Origin: Ascoidea asiatica JCM 7603
Taxonomy: Eukaryota; Fungi; Ascomycota
NCBI GenBank assembly: GCA_001600695.1
Contig: BCKQ01000004.1
Location: forward strand, 947,513 to 1,011,512
Length of the DNA stretch: 64,000 nucleotides
Direction: 5' to 3'
The translations under genes were made by a program, and so were the position numbers. The stretch's first letter is position 1. Each line of letters begins with the position of its first letter. Below, piece after piece: positions 42,110 to 54,645 of the stretch. The notes below the pieces were generated by a model, which saw nothing but the letters and a program-made list of their open reading frames with translations, did no database searches and was not told the origin of the DNA.

Positions 42110-43900
42110 ATGAATTCTCAATTGAAAACTCCTCCTTCATCAAGTAAAAATATCTCATCAAAAAAAAATGAAGTTAATGAAAGTGTTAAGGAATTAACCA
42201 TCAATGATAATTATGATGATAATTATGATGAAAATGAAGTTTATTCTTCTTCAACTTCAATTTTATCTACAAAAGAACAATCAAATCAAAATGATACTAG
42301 AAATAAATCATCAAATGATTATAATTACGATTATAAAAATGAAAATTATCAATCTCAATTAACTTCATTATCATTTAATGATTTCAAACAATACATTTTA
42401 TTAAAGCTAAAATCTGGTAAAAGTAATTCAAAATATTATTCCTCAAAGTTTCTATCGTAAGTTTGAATTAATTTTTTTAACCATATTTAATTATTTTCCA
42501 ATTCAATCACTAACTCTTTTAATTATTATTCCATTTCCAAATAGAATTGCATTCATTTTGGCTAAGAAATTCAAAATCAATTATGTTGATACTGCAATTG
42601 CCTTTGCATACAACCATCCAATTATTGTCGTAAGTAATTATTATTTTTCTCTGTTCCCTCCTTAATTGTCTTGTTTGAAAAATACACTCAATTTACTTTT
42701 AGATTTCATGCTTGAAGGTTTTTATTTTATTTTTTCTTTTATTTTTTATGTTTTTTCATAGTTTTCTGATTCCTGGTTCGATTCTCACCTCAGCGCTTAA
42801 TTTGATTATCTTCTTTTCTTTTTTTCTTCTTTTGTTTATTTATTTCTCTTGCATTACTACCCATTTCCCTTCTCTTCCTTTCTCTTATTTTCTTTCTTTT
42901 CCTTTATTTTATCTGAATTACTTATTTCTTGATTATTTTAGTACTTTTGTGCTTGTATCTCAATTTGAATGTTCGAATCTATTAAAAATCAATCAATCAA
43001 TCAATCAATTCATCCTTTTATTTATTTATTCATATATTAATTCATCAAATAGAAAATTTGTTATTCAACTCAACTGGTTTATCATTTTGTTTTTTTTTCA
43101 ATTCAATTCAATTCAAATTCCAGTTTTTACTCTAGAATAAATCAATTGAAGAATCATTTACTAACATAAACATATTTCAAATTTATTAATAAATTAAATT
43201 AAAGACTTTCATTTTATCAACTTTATTCATAACTTCTCCAATTTTAATTCCTTTATCAATAATGGTTTTTATCAGCGCTTTTATCTCATTTGTTGTTTTC
43301 ATGACTTCTTTATCTTTTTGGATTATTGCTGTATTCATTTTAATGCCTTTAATTTTATCTGTTACTGCTTTTTTAGTTTTATCATTTTTAGCTTTATCTA
43401 CAGCTTATTCATTTTATATAACTTATTCTGATCCAGAATCAAAAGGTAGATCTTTTTTAAGAGATTTAGCTGATAGAATTCCTCCTTCTGTTGGTATTAG
43501 TCAAGTTTCCTCAAAACCAAAACCAAATCCAAAAGAAAATTCAAATCCTAATCCAAATCCAAATCTAAATCCAAATCCAAATCCAAATCCAAATCCAAAT
43601 CCAAATCCAAATCCAAATCCAAATCCAATTTCTGTTCCTACTCAAACTCAAAATCCAATTTCTTCTGAATCTAATTCTAAAAATCAATCACAATCACAAC
43701 CTCAAACTCAACCTCAACCGATAATTTCTGATTCAGTTCCAACTGAAACTAAAAATCAACCTTCAACTACATCTTTAAATTCTTCAATTTCAAAGCCTGT
43801 AGTAGTTTTAACCAATACTTCTGAAAAACTTGCCACTGATTCTTTAAGTGAATTAAAAGCTGGTTTAAAACCTACTACTGCTAATAAATCCAAAGTTTAA
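42110..43900 (+). CDS. Spliced promethin/Ldo45-like protein, join(42110..42456,42545..42629,43205..43900), 375 aa; possible Ldo16-like short form from ATG 43262
   Basis: Two canonical introns join the 116-aa and 212-aa ORFs in frame without stops, giving ...KFLS-IAFILAKKFKINYVDTAIAFAYNHPIIV-TFILSTLFITSPILIPLSI-MVFISAF..., which restores the promethin F-x3-HP motif. Confidence 0.85.
42457..42544 (+). other. Spliceosomal intron 1 (88 nt)
   Basis: GTAAGT at 42457, branch point CACTAAC at 42508-42514, 3' TAG ending at 42544; phase 2. Confidence 0.88.
42630..43204 (+). other. Spliceosomal intron 2 (575 nt)
   Basis: GTAAGT at 42630, TACTAAC at 43159-43165, first downstream AG (AAG) ending at 43204; phase 0. 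Confidence 0.88.
43544..43627 (+). repeat. (AATCCA)n hexamer repeat encoding an (Asn-Pro)n tract
   Basis: About 14 units, in frame in the last exon. Confidence 0.9.
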
Positions 43901-44361
43901 TTAATGTTTTCTTAGGGTTCTTCTAAAGTTTTTTTAAACTTTAATACAAAAAATTCAAATTTCATATTTGCTATAACAATAAAGATACAATCTCATGTTT
44001 TTAAAAAAATAATGAGAAACAAAAAAAAACACCTGCTTTTTGATGTTTTTATCAACTTAAACCTTTTTTTATTTAATTTTTTTTCATCTTTATATGTTTA
44101 TATTTTTGGTGTTTAGGTGCTTTTTATTTTTGCTTATGATACTTTTTGGCTATTTAATAAAAAAAAAATGTGGTTTGGTTATCCTAATTTTGTTTATTGA
44201 TTATTCTTATTTATTTCTATTCATTTTCATTTTTATTTCCTTACCTTTCTTTTTATGATTCTTATTATATTCGAAAAATATTTTCTATTTTAATAAATAC
44301 ATATACTCTACAAATATAATAATTAATTATCATAATCGAATCTTTAAATTAAATATTTAAA

Positions 44362-47300
44362 TTACATATCAAATAGATCATTATATATATCTTGTTCACA
44401 TGCTTCAATATCCGGTATTGATAATGCATAAATTTTTTCAAAATTAATTAAACTTAATGAATCAAAAAATGGTTTTAATGAACTTACATTTTCAATTTTT
44501 TTATATCCAAATAATGAGGGTTTTCTTAATTTATCAATCTCATCTTTTTCATTTATATCCGTTTCCATATTAATTTTTCTTATATCTTGTGTTGATAATC
44601 CAATTTTGAAAAAACTTAAATTTGAAATTCTATCAATTAATCCAAACATTGAATTATCACTTGTACTATAATCCGCTCCAATTATATCAGAAATAAAAAT
44701 CCATTCATTAAGATTAAAATCTTCATAATTTAAACATAATAAAAGATCTAATAATTTACATGAACTTAATAAATTATTCAAGTTAATTGAATTAAACTCT
44801 TCTTCTGTACAATCTAAAACACTTTGAAATGATTTATGTAATGATGTTATTATGAATGTCCAATATGATGTTAAATGCGTTTCTGAAAATTTTAATAATA
44901 TTGCTCTTAAACATAAAAAAATTTCTGCTTGTAATGTATCTGAAACAGAAGAAATATCTTGTAATTTACTCATTAAATCTTTTAGAATTAAAATATAACT
45001 ATCTTTTGGTGATATTATTATTAGATAAATAACTCTTTGAATTTTTAAAATTTTAGAATAAATTTCTGTTTCATTCCAACTAAATAAAGCTGTTGAACTT
45101 GCTCCATGTGATTGAATTTTTGAAACCAACTCTAACATTTTGTCTTTATCTGAAGATATCCAGTTTCTTATTATTTGATTCCATGAAATCGTTGAATTAA
45201 CACTTATACTAAAAAAATTTGGATCAGAAAATATGTCATATATTGTTAATTTCCAGGTCTTGACACTTTGAGCAACACTACTTAAATCTACAATCAAATC
45301 AATCATATAAGAAGGTAAATTAGGAAAAGCCTTAGACTTAAGAGCAGGAGTAACTATATTTAAAATTATTGATGTTAAAGCAGTAGTAATCTTATCATTC
45401 TCTTGAATAATAATATATAGATGAGGTAAAATAGTTTGAATGGCTTTACAAACATCATCCTGTAATAATTCAGAGTTGGCTTTTGGGCTTCCAATCTTTT
45501 CGGTTATTGCCGAGGAAACACCTGAACTCAATGAAAAAGAACTGTTTTTATATGAGGTTGTAGTTGTTCCATTTGTTTTAATACTTTGAGGGGATAAAGG
45601 AGAAGTTGACATAGCTTCTTGAATAGCATTTGGTGAAATAGTTATTCTTGAAGACACATTTAATGAAAGAAGTTTTAAAAATAGATCAGATATTTCTCTT
45701 CTAACTCTTCTTTGCTCACCAAACTTAGATCTTGATAGCTTTTCTCCTAAAACCCCGTTAAACAGAAGTGCAAAGGGTAAAATATTCACATATAGAGTTG
45801 AACTATTATATATTTCTTTCAAAAAAGATATACTTTCCAACCAAATATCTTCAACTGCAGAATTTTCAAGTGATTTTAAATATTCAACCAAAAACTGGCA
45901 AAGGGTCTTTTCATTTAAGCTATCATTAACAGCTAATTGGATTGTCATTTTATATTTCGAAGGAACAATATCTGGGTTCAATTTTATATTAATTAAGTTG
46001 AAAATATTTGGAATTGTAAGCTGAGGTCTACCGCCATCTAAAACATGCAATATTTTAAATACTGATGATGCAAATATATTATCTCTTACCATTAGGGTTT
46101 GAAGAATTTCCAAAGGTTGAAGCAGATATAGTTTTTCCAAAAGCTTTTTTGATCTGAATTTGATTTTGGAGACATGATAGTTCATAGATTTGATTAGATT
46201 AATATCATTCTTAGAATTGTATTTATTTGAATAAGAATTCAAAGTTTTAGAATTAAAAAGCTGCCAGTGAGTCTTTTTTTCAGACCATGACCAAATCTCC
46301 ATACATATCTTGGAAGCTTCTTGAAAACAATAAATAATCACTAACTTTTTATTTTCTTCAGCAGTCCTTGCCATTGGAGTTTCAACTGCAAAAACTCCTG
46401 ATATAACGGTCCCGAAGAAGCCTGGATCATTACTTTGAGGTTTTGCAGTAACCATCTTCGCTTCACTTGAAGAAATGTATATATGGGCAAAGGATAAGAT
46501 GTCTTCTAGTGCATTCATCAATAAGGCTACAGAATCATCGAAATCATATCTTAATGAGGTTTTAGTTTTGTCGATTTTCGCTTTCTCATCTTCCTCACCA
46601 AAGCATTGTACCATTCCTTCAAATAGTTCTCTAATTTTGGCACAAATACACTCGGTTAATGGCGTTATAACTTGAGCAATTGAATCTCCAAAATAAGCTG
46701 TACTATCTGAAAGTAAACTAGACCAATGTTTAATAAGAATAGCATTATTTGTATACTTTAAACTGTAAATTAAATAAGGTAAAAAATTGATACTATCTGA
46801 GTTTTCAATTTCTTCCTGATTTCTCAGCAAAAGATATGAACTTGCATCTTCAACAGAAAACATATCGAGCCTTATTTTTTGGGTATAGGCAATTTTCAAG
46901 GAATAGGAAATAAGATTTAGAAAACTGACAAGAATATAATCAAAAACTGGACAACTTGAAGAAGAATTTAGTTTTTTGAAGTATTTGAATGATATTTTAA
47001 GCAAGAGAGGAGGTATCATATTAAAACTTTTTTCTTTTCCGTTTAACAAAATTTCCAATAATTTTAATGAGCATCTCAGTGCTTTGGTAAAAGAATCTGA
47101 AGTTGAATTGACTGTTAAAATATTTTTGTCAAGTTCTGTGGATAAAAAAGATATCAAAGTTGCAATAACTAAGTTTTTGTATGTTGAAATATCAAGTTTT
47201 TCACTTAGATTATCATCTAATATTTGAGATTGAAGTTCTTCATCTAAGACAGTTAATTCATTGCTAAATGTCGGAATCATTAAAGAAGTGTTCACATTTA

Positions 47301-50300
47301 GCACATTAATAATTGTTTCTACTTGATAACAATATAAATCAATATCATCAATAAGAGTTAATTCTTTATCCACATATTTTAAAAATTCGGTTTTTGCAAG
47401 TGGAACTGTAATCATTTTGTAAAATCTATTAGCTGATCCAGAATTGACAATTGAAAGAATTGCGTTAGAAGCTATCAAATAATCTGGGGAACCGCAATCT
47501 GTTAGATCATCTAAGACTAATTGTAAGGGTCTGGCTAAAATTATATCAGTAGTCACACTATTTCCAGTAAGGTTGGCAGTATGATTCCATAATACCGAAA
47601 AGGCAGTCAATCTATCTTGTCTATTGGATTTTATAAATAACAGAGAGAGGACAGACTCTATAGCATGAGCATCTACACCCAATTCCAAATTAAGAATATG
47701 TTTCACAGATTCTACTTGATATCTTCCAGAGCAATCAAGCATACAATTCCAAAGAAGTGAGATTAAAATTACTAAAAGCTCATTTTTTAACTTTAAAGAA
47801 ATATTTTTTACAACTTCATTGAAAATATTTGCAAATCCAAAGGAAATAGAAACATAATTTAAATCTAAAATTGACTTTTTCTCTAATTTTGAAGGTTCTT
47901 TTGTTGAACTGATCGATAATCCGTATATCATTTCGCTTATGGAATTAATGTCAATCTCAGTTGACATTTCAAAATCATCAATGGAATCATTTAAGACCTC
48001 TTCGATCGGATTACTTTCAATTAAACTATTTTCAGAAGATTTAGTGAGATTATCTAACCCTATTAATTCTTGTAATAGTATATCATTAGTCCAAGCAGAA
48101 GAGTCAGAAGCTGTCATTGGAATTTTTTCTAATATGTCCGATAACAAGTCGCAATAATAATAACAAACATCCTTTCTAGCCCTTAAGCATTTCCAAACTA
48201 GAAGTGTTGATGCATTTGAAATCATTAGAGATAAATCAGAAGATGGTAATGGAGGAGAAATATCATCATTATCATTATAGTTATAATTGTATTGGAATCC
48301 TAAAATTTCTGGATTGAACATTTCTAATTTAGATTCGTCATCATTCATTTTAGAATAGTAATGAGAAATTATGTTAAAAGATTCAATGGAAAATTGTTCA
48401 AATATTTCATCACTTGCTTTTATTAAATCTTTTTCAGTAAGGTTAGATTTTTGATTATTGAATAATTTATATAAAGATTTATTATGAGCATGCTCAGCTG
48501 GTAAAAATGCTCTTTGTGGAATTAGACTTATTATTGTTTTAACTAAATTATACCATTCATAAATATCAAATGATTTATTATCAGATAAAGAAACATTTTT
48601 GCTATTACAAACAATAGAAGTTGAAGGCTGATAAAGTTGCTTTTTTGTACTATTATTTTCTTTTTGAGATGAATTATTTGCATCAGATATTAAAATATAA
48701 TCATCATTATAAATCCTTTTCAATAATAATAAAAATAATGTTAAAGGTAAATGATGAATAATCATTTCTTCATCAGAAACATTAAAATGATTTAAACAAA
48801 ATTGAACAGACTTAAGTCTATTAGTATTTATAAGTTTAAATAAATCTGACCATATATTAATTGGTTCGACATTATCAAAAAGAGCAGAAGCACTTTTCAA
48901 TACTTCATTAAATTGTAAATCTTGAGTTGTATTTTCATTATTTATATCACCAATTGGAGAATTTAATTGTTCGTAAGTTTTTTCAACTGATATTAAACAT
49001 GGTATAAAAATTTTTGGAATTATCAATGAACCAATTTCCCATTTATCCATAATTGCCAAACAAATTTTATAAGCTTGAATTTTTTGTTTATATAGAGGAA
49101 TTGCAAATCTTTGATTATTTTCATTACCTTTAATCAATTTTAATAAACCGGAAATTAAATAATTCATACCAAATTTTTTAAAATAGTCAATTCTATTTTT
49201 TGTTTTTGCAGTGCCTGTTGGAGTTATTGGAGTTTGTAAATCATTTGATCCAGATTGTAAATTATTTTGTAATTTTGATAATGGTAATGAACTTCTCCTT
49301 GCCAGAAGAGAAGTATCTAAAGCTTCAGGGCCTAATAACCAATTCCATAATCTTCTATTTAGTGACATATCTTTTCTTAAAACAGTTGAAGAAGCAGCCA
49401 TAATTAATTTCTCAACATCAGTTTTTAAAGCTAAATGTTGTAAAATATCAGACCTTAATTCTAATCTAGATACTAAAAGATCAAAAAAACCTCTTTGAAC
49501 TAAAATATTTTCATCTCTTAGACCCTTAGAAAAAATTCTAATTAATAAACCAGTTTCTGGATTTATACATGCTCTAGCTTCTGCAGATAATGAATTTAAA
49601 ATTTTATCTTTCATTATTTTATTTGAAGAAATATTAGATGAGTCTAGTTTCAACTTATCTTCTTTTATTGCCATTAATGTTGGTGTCAGTATAGTCTTGA
49701 TATCACTCGTATCTTTAGAATCTTTTGTATCTTTGGTGGTTGTTAATGGTGGATCATTAGATATTTTCATACTATTGAAATAAGGTAATCTTTTATTACA
49801 CCATACTAGAGCACCTAATCTTCTATCTGGATTTGTTATAATTATTAGATAAATTGATTGCCAAAAGCAACAGTCATCATTTAAATTTTTTTTTAAAGAA
49901 TCAATTAAACCTAAAGCTTCATTAAAACATTCACTTGATTCATCATCAATTGCAGGTAATAAACTTGATAATAAAGCTTTTATCATAATTTTTAAATAAT
50001 AAGGTTGAATTGTAATTATATAATTTTCAAATAATTCAATTATTGAAGGTTTAACAGAAATTGAAGCAAAAGAAATTAAAGGTAGTAAACCTGGAATCCA
50101 TATTGAAACTTGTTGAGAAAGTTTTTCAATACCAATTAAATTGAATATATAACTATAAAGTTCAATTGATTTTCTATGAACACCACTTGGTAAATTTGGA
50201 GATAAACATTGAGCTAATTTTCTTGAAATTTCAAAAGAATATGAATTTGGAATCCATTTTTCTCTTGAATGAGCTTGTAAAGATTTTAATAATTTTCCTA

Positions 50301-50493
50301 AAAATGAAATATAATCTGCCCATTCAGTTGCAGAATCAAATATAGAAAGTGATTTATCTAAAGAAGCTAAATATTTTCTATCTTTTGAATCTAAATGAGC
50401 TTTATCCAATTCATCATCAGTTAATTTCACATGAGATCTAAAAGGAATTGATTTTAATATACTCTTTGATTTTTCATTAGTAGAAGGCATCAT
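44362..50493 (-). CDS. DOP1: Dopey family Golgi/endosome trafficking protein
   Basis: EWADYISFLGKLLKSLQ, LAQCLSPNLPSGVHRK, LVQRGFFDLL and VLRKDMSLNRRLWNWLLG. Confidence 0.97.
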   Translation of the reverse strand: MMPSTNEKSKSILKSIPFRSHVKLTDDELDKAHLDSKDRKYLASLDKSLSIFDSATEWADYISFLGKLLKSLQAHSREKWIPNSYSFEISRKLAQCLSPNLPSGVHRKSIELYSYIFNLIGIEKLSQQVSIWIPGLLPLISFASISVKPSIIELFENYIITIQPYYLKIMIKALLSSLLPAIDDESSECFNEALGLIDSLKKNLNDDCCFWQSIYLIIITNPDRRLGALVWCNKRLPYFNSMKISNDPPLTTTKDTKDSKDTSDIKTILTPTLMAIKEDKLKLDSSNISSNKIMKDKILNSLSAEARACINPETGLLIRIFSKGLRDENILVQRGFFDLLVSRLELRSDILQHLALKTDVEKLIMAASSTVLRKDMSLNRRLWNWLLGPEALDTSLLARRSSLPLSKLQNNLQSGSNDLQTPITPTGTAKTKNRIDYFKKFGMNYLISGLLKLIKGNENNQRFAIPLYKQKIQAYKICLAIMDKWEIGSLIIPKIFIPCLISVEKTYEQLNSPIGDINNENTTQDLQFNEVLKSASALFDNVEPINIWSDLFKLINTNRLKSVQFCLNHFNVSDEEMIIHHLPLTLFLLLLKRIYNDDYILISDANNSSQKENNSTKKQLYQPSTSIVCNSKNVSLSDNKSFDIYEWYNLVKTIISLIPQRAFLPAEHAHNKSLYKLFNNQKSNLTEKDLIKASDEIFEQFSIESFNIISHYYSKMNDDESKLEMFNPEILGFQYNYNYNDNDDISPPLPSSDLSLMISNASTLLVWKCLRARKDVCYYYCDLLSDILEKIPMTASDSSAWTNDILLQELIGLDNLTKSSENSLIESNPIEEVLNDSIDDFEMSTEIDINSISEMIYGLSISSTKEPSKLEKKSILDLNYVSISFGFANIFNEVVKNISLKLKNELLVILISLLWNCMLDCSGRYQVESVKHILNLELGVDAHAIESVLSLLFIKSNRQDRLTAFSVLWNHTANLTGNSVTTDIILARPLQLVLDDLTDCGSPDYLIASNAILSIVNSGSANRFYKMITVPLAKTEFLKYVDKELTLIDDIDLYCYQVETIINVLNVNTSLMIPTFSNELTVLDEELQSQILDDNLSEKLDISTYKNLVIATLISFLSTELDKNILTVNSTSDSFTKALRCSLKLLEILLNGKEKSFNMIPPLLLKISFKYFKKLNSSSSCPVFDYILVSFLNLISYSLKIAYTQKIRLDMFSVEDASSYLLLRNQEEIENSDSINFLPYLIYSLKYTNNAILIKHWSSLLSDSTAYFGDSIAQVITPLTECICAKIRELFEGMVQCFGEEDEKAKIDKTKTSLRYDFDDSVALLMNALEDILSFAHIYISSSEAKMVTAKPQSNDPGFFGTVISGVFAVETPMARTAEENKKLVIIYCFQEASKICMEIWSWSEKKTHWQLFNSKTLNSYSNKYNSKNDINLIKSMNYHVSKIKFRSKKLLEKLYLLQPLEILQTLMVRDNIFASSVFKILHVLDGGRPQLTIPNIFNLINIKLNPDIVPSKYKMTIQLAVNDSLNEKTLCQFLVEYLKSLENSAVEDIWLESISFLKEIYNSSTLYVNILPFALLFNGVLGEKLSRSKFGEQRRVRREISDLFLKLLSLNVSSRITISPNAIQEAMSTSPLSPQSIKTNGTTTTSYKNSSFSLSSGVSSAITEKIGSPKANSELLQDDVCKAIQTILPHLYIIIQENDKITTALTSIILNIVTPALKSKAFPNLPSYMIDLIVDLSSVAQSVKTWKLTIYDIFSDPNFFSISVNSTISWNQIIRNWISSDKDKMLELVSKIQSHGASSTALFSWNETEIYSKILKIQRVIYLIIISPKDSYILILKDLMSKLQDISSVSDTLQAEIFLCLRAILLKFSETHLTSYWTFIITSLHKSFQSVLDCTEEEFNSINLNNLLSSCKLLDLLLCLNYEDFNLNEWIFISDIIGADYSTSDNSMFGLIDRISNLSFFKIGLSTQDIRKINMETDINEKDEIDKLRKPSLFGYKKIENVSSLKPFFDSLSLINFEKIYALSIPDIEACEQDIYNDLFDM

Positions 50494-50988
50494 CTACAAG
50501 AAGTCATCTACAATATTCAATTCTTTAAACTAGTAATGATTCTTTAATTATGTATCTATCTATCAATTATATACCAATTGTTTCTTCACCACTTCTTGAC
50601 TTGATTCTATCTTTATTACTCGAATATCTTATCTTAAATCTATATATTTATCTATCTATCTATCTAACCTATGTAGATCATCAACTATCATTATCAATTA
50701 TCACTATCAATTACCATCACCATTAATAAACACCATGTCAAACAGTTCTCTTAACAATCACTCGACTGTTGGCTGTGAATAAAGTTCGCATTTTCGTTCT
50801 TTTTGCAGGACTCCAAATCCCGGATGTGGCTTATTCAGGCAAGCCTCTCAGATAGTGTAAACATACCAGCCACTATATTCCCAATTCGGATTTGATCTCA
50901 GTTTATACCCTTTTTATTGATATCTATTGAAATTTATTGACATTTATTGATATTTATACACTGAAATAATACAAAATTACCATGATTA

Positions 50989-51948
50989 TTATGAATTTTC
51001 ATAACAGATTTTATCAATGGTCTTGAAAATTTTCTTTAGATCATCTCTTGGTAATAAGAACCATTCAGTATGTAGTTTATATTCTTTACTATTAAGATCT
51101 TTTTTCAATCCACAATTTTCACAATATAAATTAACTCTACCATATTTCTCTCTTAAATTTTCATGAATTAAAACTTCTATTTTACTTAAATTCTTGGAGC
51201 AATAATAACCTTTAACTTGAGAATTATAATTTTTAAATTTCATTACATTTAAAAAATTTATATAATTTTTAGTATCTGAATCTTTCAGATTATTTGAATT
51301 ATTTGAGTCATTAAAATTTAATAATTTGAAACTTTTATTTAAGAATTTCAAAGAAGTTTCAAATGATAAAGGTTCAACAATTTTTAAATCTGTCTTACAT
51401 TGATTTTCCCATTGTTTAATTCTTTTTTGTATAGTTTGAGTTGTTAAGCCAATTTTTAAAAGTATATGAAATTTTGGATTAAAACTTTCCCAATTTAAAG
51501 ATTTTTTATTTTGAATTTGAATCCAATTTTCTTTATTTGGTTTTGAAGAAAGTAAATGTTTTAATGTATAGATATAAATGAATCCTTCTTGATTTGTATT
51601 TGTATTATCAGGTATAAAATTATTTGGTTTATGAGAAAGTTTTATATTATATTCTTGTTTTGTATATGTTGTGCTAGTAGTAGTACTCGTACTAGTATTT
51701 GTTCCGGTAGTTGAATTAATTTGAGAAAATTCTAATTTTTGAAGCTTTTGAGCAGCAGAATTCATTAATGAATTCTTCGAGAATTTTATCTTATTATCCA
51801 CATTACTTATATTATTATTTAATTTCATTTTTGTTGATTGATTAAAATTTATATTTTGAGAATTATGATATCGACAATAATTTCCATCTTGAACAGTTAT
51901 TTTACATCGTTCATTTTTCTTAGTTATTCCATGACATTGAACAGACAT
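50989..51948 (-). CDS. T5orf172/MUG113-domain (GIY-YIG-like) protein with an N-terminal C3H motif
   Basis: QCHGITKKNERCK...YCRYH, GFIYIY, LLKIGLT...KRIKQWENQC, IEVLIHENL, CENCG and HTEWF. Confidence 0.85.
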   Translation of the reverse strand: MSVQCHGITKKNERCKITVQDGNYCRYHNSQNINFNQSTKMKLNNNISNVDNKIKFSKNSLMNSAAQKLQKLEFSQINSTTGTNTSTSTTTSTTYTKQEYNIKLSHKPNNFIPDNTNTNQEGFIYIYTLKHLLSSKPNKENWIQIQNKKSLNWESFNPKFHILLKIGLTTQTIQKRIKQWENQCKTDLKIVEPLSFETSLKFLNKSFKLLNFNDSNNSNNLKDSDTKNYINFLNVMKFKNYNSQVKGYYCSKNLSKIEVLIHENLREKYGRVNLYCENCGLKKDLNSKEYKLHTEWFLLPRDDLKKIFKTIDKICYENS

Positions 51949-52340
51949 TATTTATTTCAAAGATATTTCAATATAAATCTTGATTCAAGGACAAAGTAAA
52001 ATATAATGGAATATGAAAATCTAAATCTTATATATTTCTTGAAATATGAACATTTTCAAAAAGAATTATTTTTGAATGTTTTTGAATTAATTAATATTTA
52101 AACTGGGTCGAGTCTTTTTTAGATTTCTACCGCTTTTAGCCTTATTTCATTTCATTTCATTTGTTTACCTTTTAATAAAGAAATTAGAATAAGTTTATTA
52201 GAAAATTGGAAAGAATTAGCTACTGTAAACTGTAAAATATTGTCATGAGTCTTGAATATATTATATATTATATATTATATATTATATGTTATATAAAGTT
52301 CTATGTACAAATATTTCAAAATTTCAAAAAATTGCTTTGA

Positions 52341-53153
52341 TTATTTTCGATTTGGTAATTTCTTTTGTTGATAACCTTTTGGAGGTTGAAATTCCCAAAT
52401 ATCCTTTTTTGAATCTAAATTTTTTGAATCTAAATCTGATTCAGGTGGTGGTGGTATATTTAATTTTGAATGAGCAATAGTTGGTAAAGTTTTTGTGAAT
52501 AAATTTTTCATTGGAAGTATAAAAATTCTTGTGAACCAAGGCATTAATAAAATTGAACAAAATGCTCTAATTGGAGCTAAAAAATTCATAATTGCAAAAG
52601 CTTTTGCACCTTCATTAATTATAATAATTTTTTCATCATTTGTAAAAGAATCTGAAATTGAACTTGAATTTATTGATTTATTTATAATTTCATTACCTTT
52701 TTCAATCATTGATTCAGGTAATTGAAAATCTGGTAAATAATTATATTTATGAAATATATACCATAACCCAAATAATGGTATAATTGCCGAGAGTTCATGT
52801 AATATTAAAAATCCAGTTATATGAGAAAATGGAGCTTGAATAAATCTATGAATATATTTTCTTAAGAATTTTGGAAATTTTAAAAGAAATGGATCTTTTG
52901 GATTAAATTCTTTTGAAGTTGTTGTTGGTGATTTTGAATTCAATGTTGAATTTAATAATTTTGAATCAATTTTTGATTTTGATAATTTATCAATACTTGA
53001 AGTTGAATAAAATCTTGGTGGAGTTTTTATTATTCCATGCGAAGTAATATCTCGATAGACATTTCCAGATCTGAAATGAATCCCTATGGAATTTCTTATA
53101 TTTATGCTTTTATTTACAAATCCAGTTCTCTTAAACAATGTTCTAAGTAACAT
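52341..53153 (-). CDS. MRX11: Mitochondrial FLILHELTA-family protein
   Basis: GFLILHELSAIIPLFGLW signature and an Arg/Ser-rich presequence-like N-terminus. Confidence 0.85.
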   Translation of the reverse strand: MLLRTLFKRTGFVNKSINIRNSIGIHFRSGNVYRDITSHGIIKTPPRFYSTSSIDKLSKSKIDSKLLNSTLNSKSPTTTSKEFNPKDPFLLKFPKFLRKYIHRFIQAPFSHITGFLILHELSAIIPLFGLWYIFHKYNYLPDFQLPESMIEKGNEIINKSINSSSISDSFTNDEKIIIINEGAKAFAIMNFLAPIRAFCSILLMPWFTRIFILPMKNLFTKTLPTIAHSKLNIPPPPESDLDSKNLDSKKDIWEFQPPKGYQQKKLPNRK

Positions 53154-53502
53154 CTTTTCTTGATAATATATTCTATTCTTCTATTGATCATTTGAATATT
53201 GATTATTTAATTACTTATTCAATTACTTAATAATCCTTTAACCACCTTTCATTCATTCATTCATTCATTTAATGATCAATTGCAAATTAAAATCAAACTC
53301 GATTCAAAACCAGCACGGCGGATCTGATATTTTGTTTGTGTTTGCCGAGAAAAAAATCAAATTTTTCAAAAAGAATCTGCGAATTTTGGGAATTGAAATA
53401 TTTTGGCGTTGAAGCTGAAATTGAAGTTGAAGAGTGAAAGAAGAATCAGAAGTAGAAACTATTTGGAAAGAGATTATAAAGTCAGAGCAAAGTTTATAGT
53501 AG

Positions 53503-54435
<933 letters not shown>

Positions 54436-54645
54436 CACAATAAATGCAATATTCTCTACAATTACCTTCTTTTTTGTAAGCACTTCCTGAGCGCGGCTTC
54501 TCATTGGCCAAAACTGCGCTCAGCTCCGAATATTTTTTATCGCTAGGAAAAAGATTGAAAATTTTGTAGAAATATTGATGAAAAGAATCCATTAATTAGA
54601 ATATAGAAGAAATACATATATTATATTATATCATATAAAGCAATT

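Noticed and set aside
42110-42460. 116-aa ORF as a stand-alone gene
   Set aside because: Its stop codon lies inside a GTAAGT donor; it is exon 1 of the spliced gene.
42775-42784. GGTTCGATTC B-box suggesting a tRNA
   Set aside because: No cloverleaf, A-box or acceptor stem around it; at most an isolated TFIIIC-like site.
42712-43140. 142-aa Phe-rich ORF
   Set aside because: TTG start, poly-T composition artefact, and it lies wholly within intron 2.
6289-51948. Endogenous viral or plasmid insertion suggested by the KilA-N and T5orf172 domains
   Set aside because: The two genes are about 40 kb apart among ordinary housekeeping genes, with no polymerase, capsid, integrase or terminal repeats.
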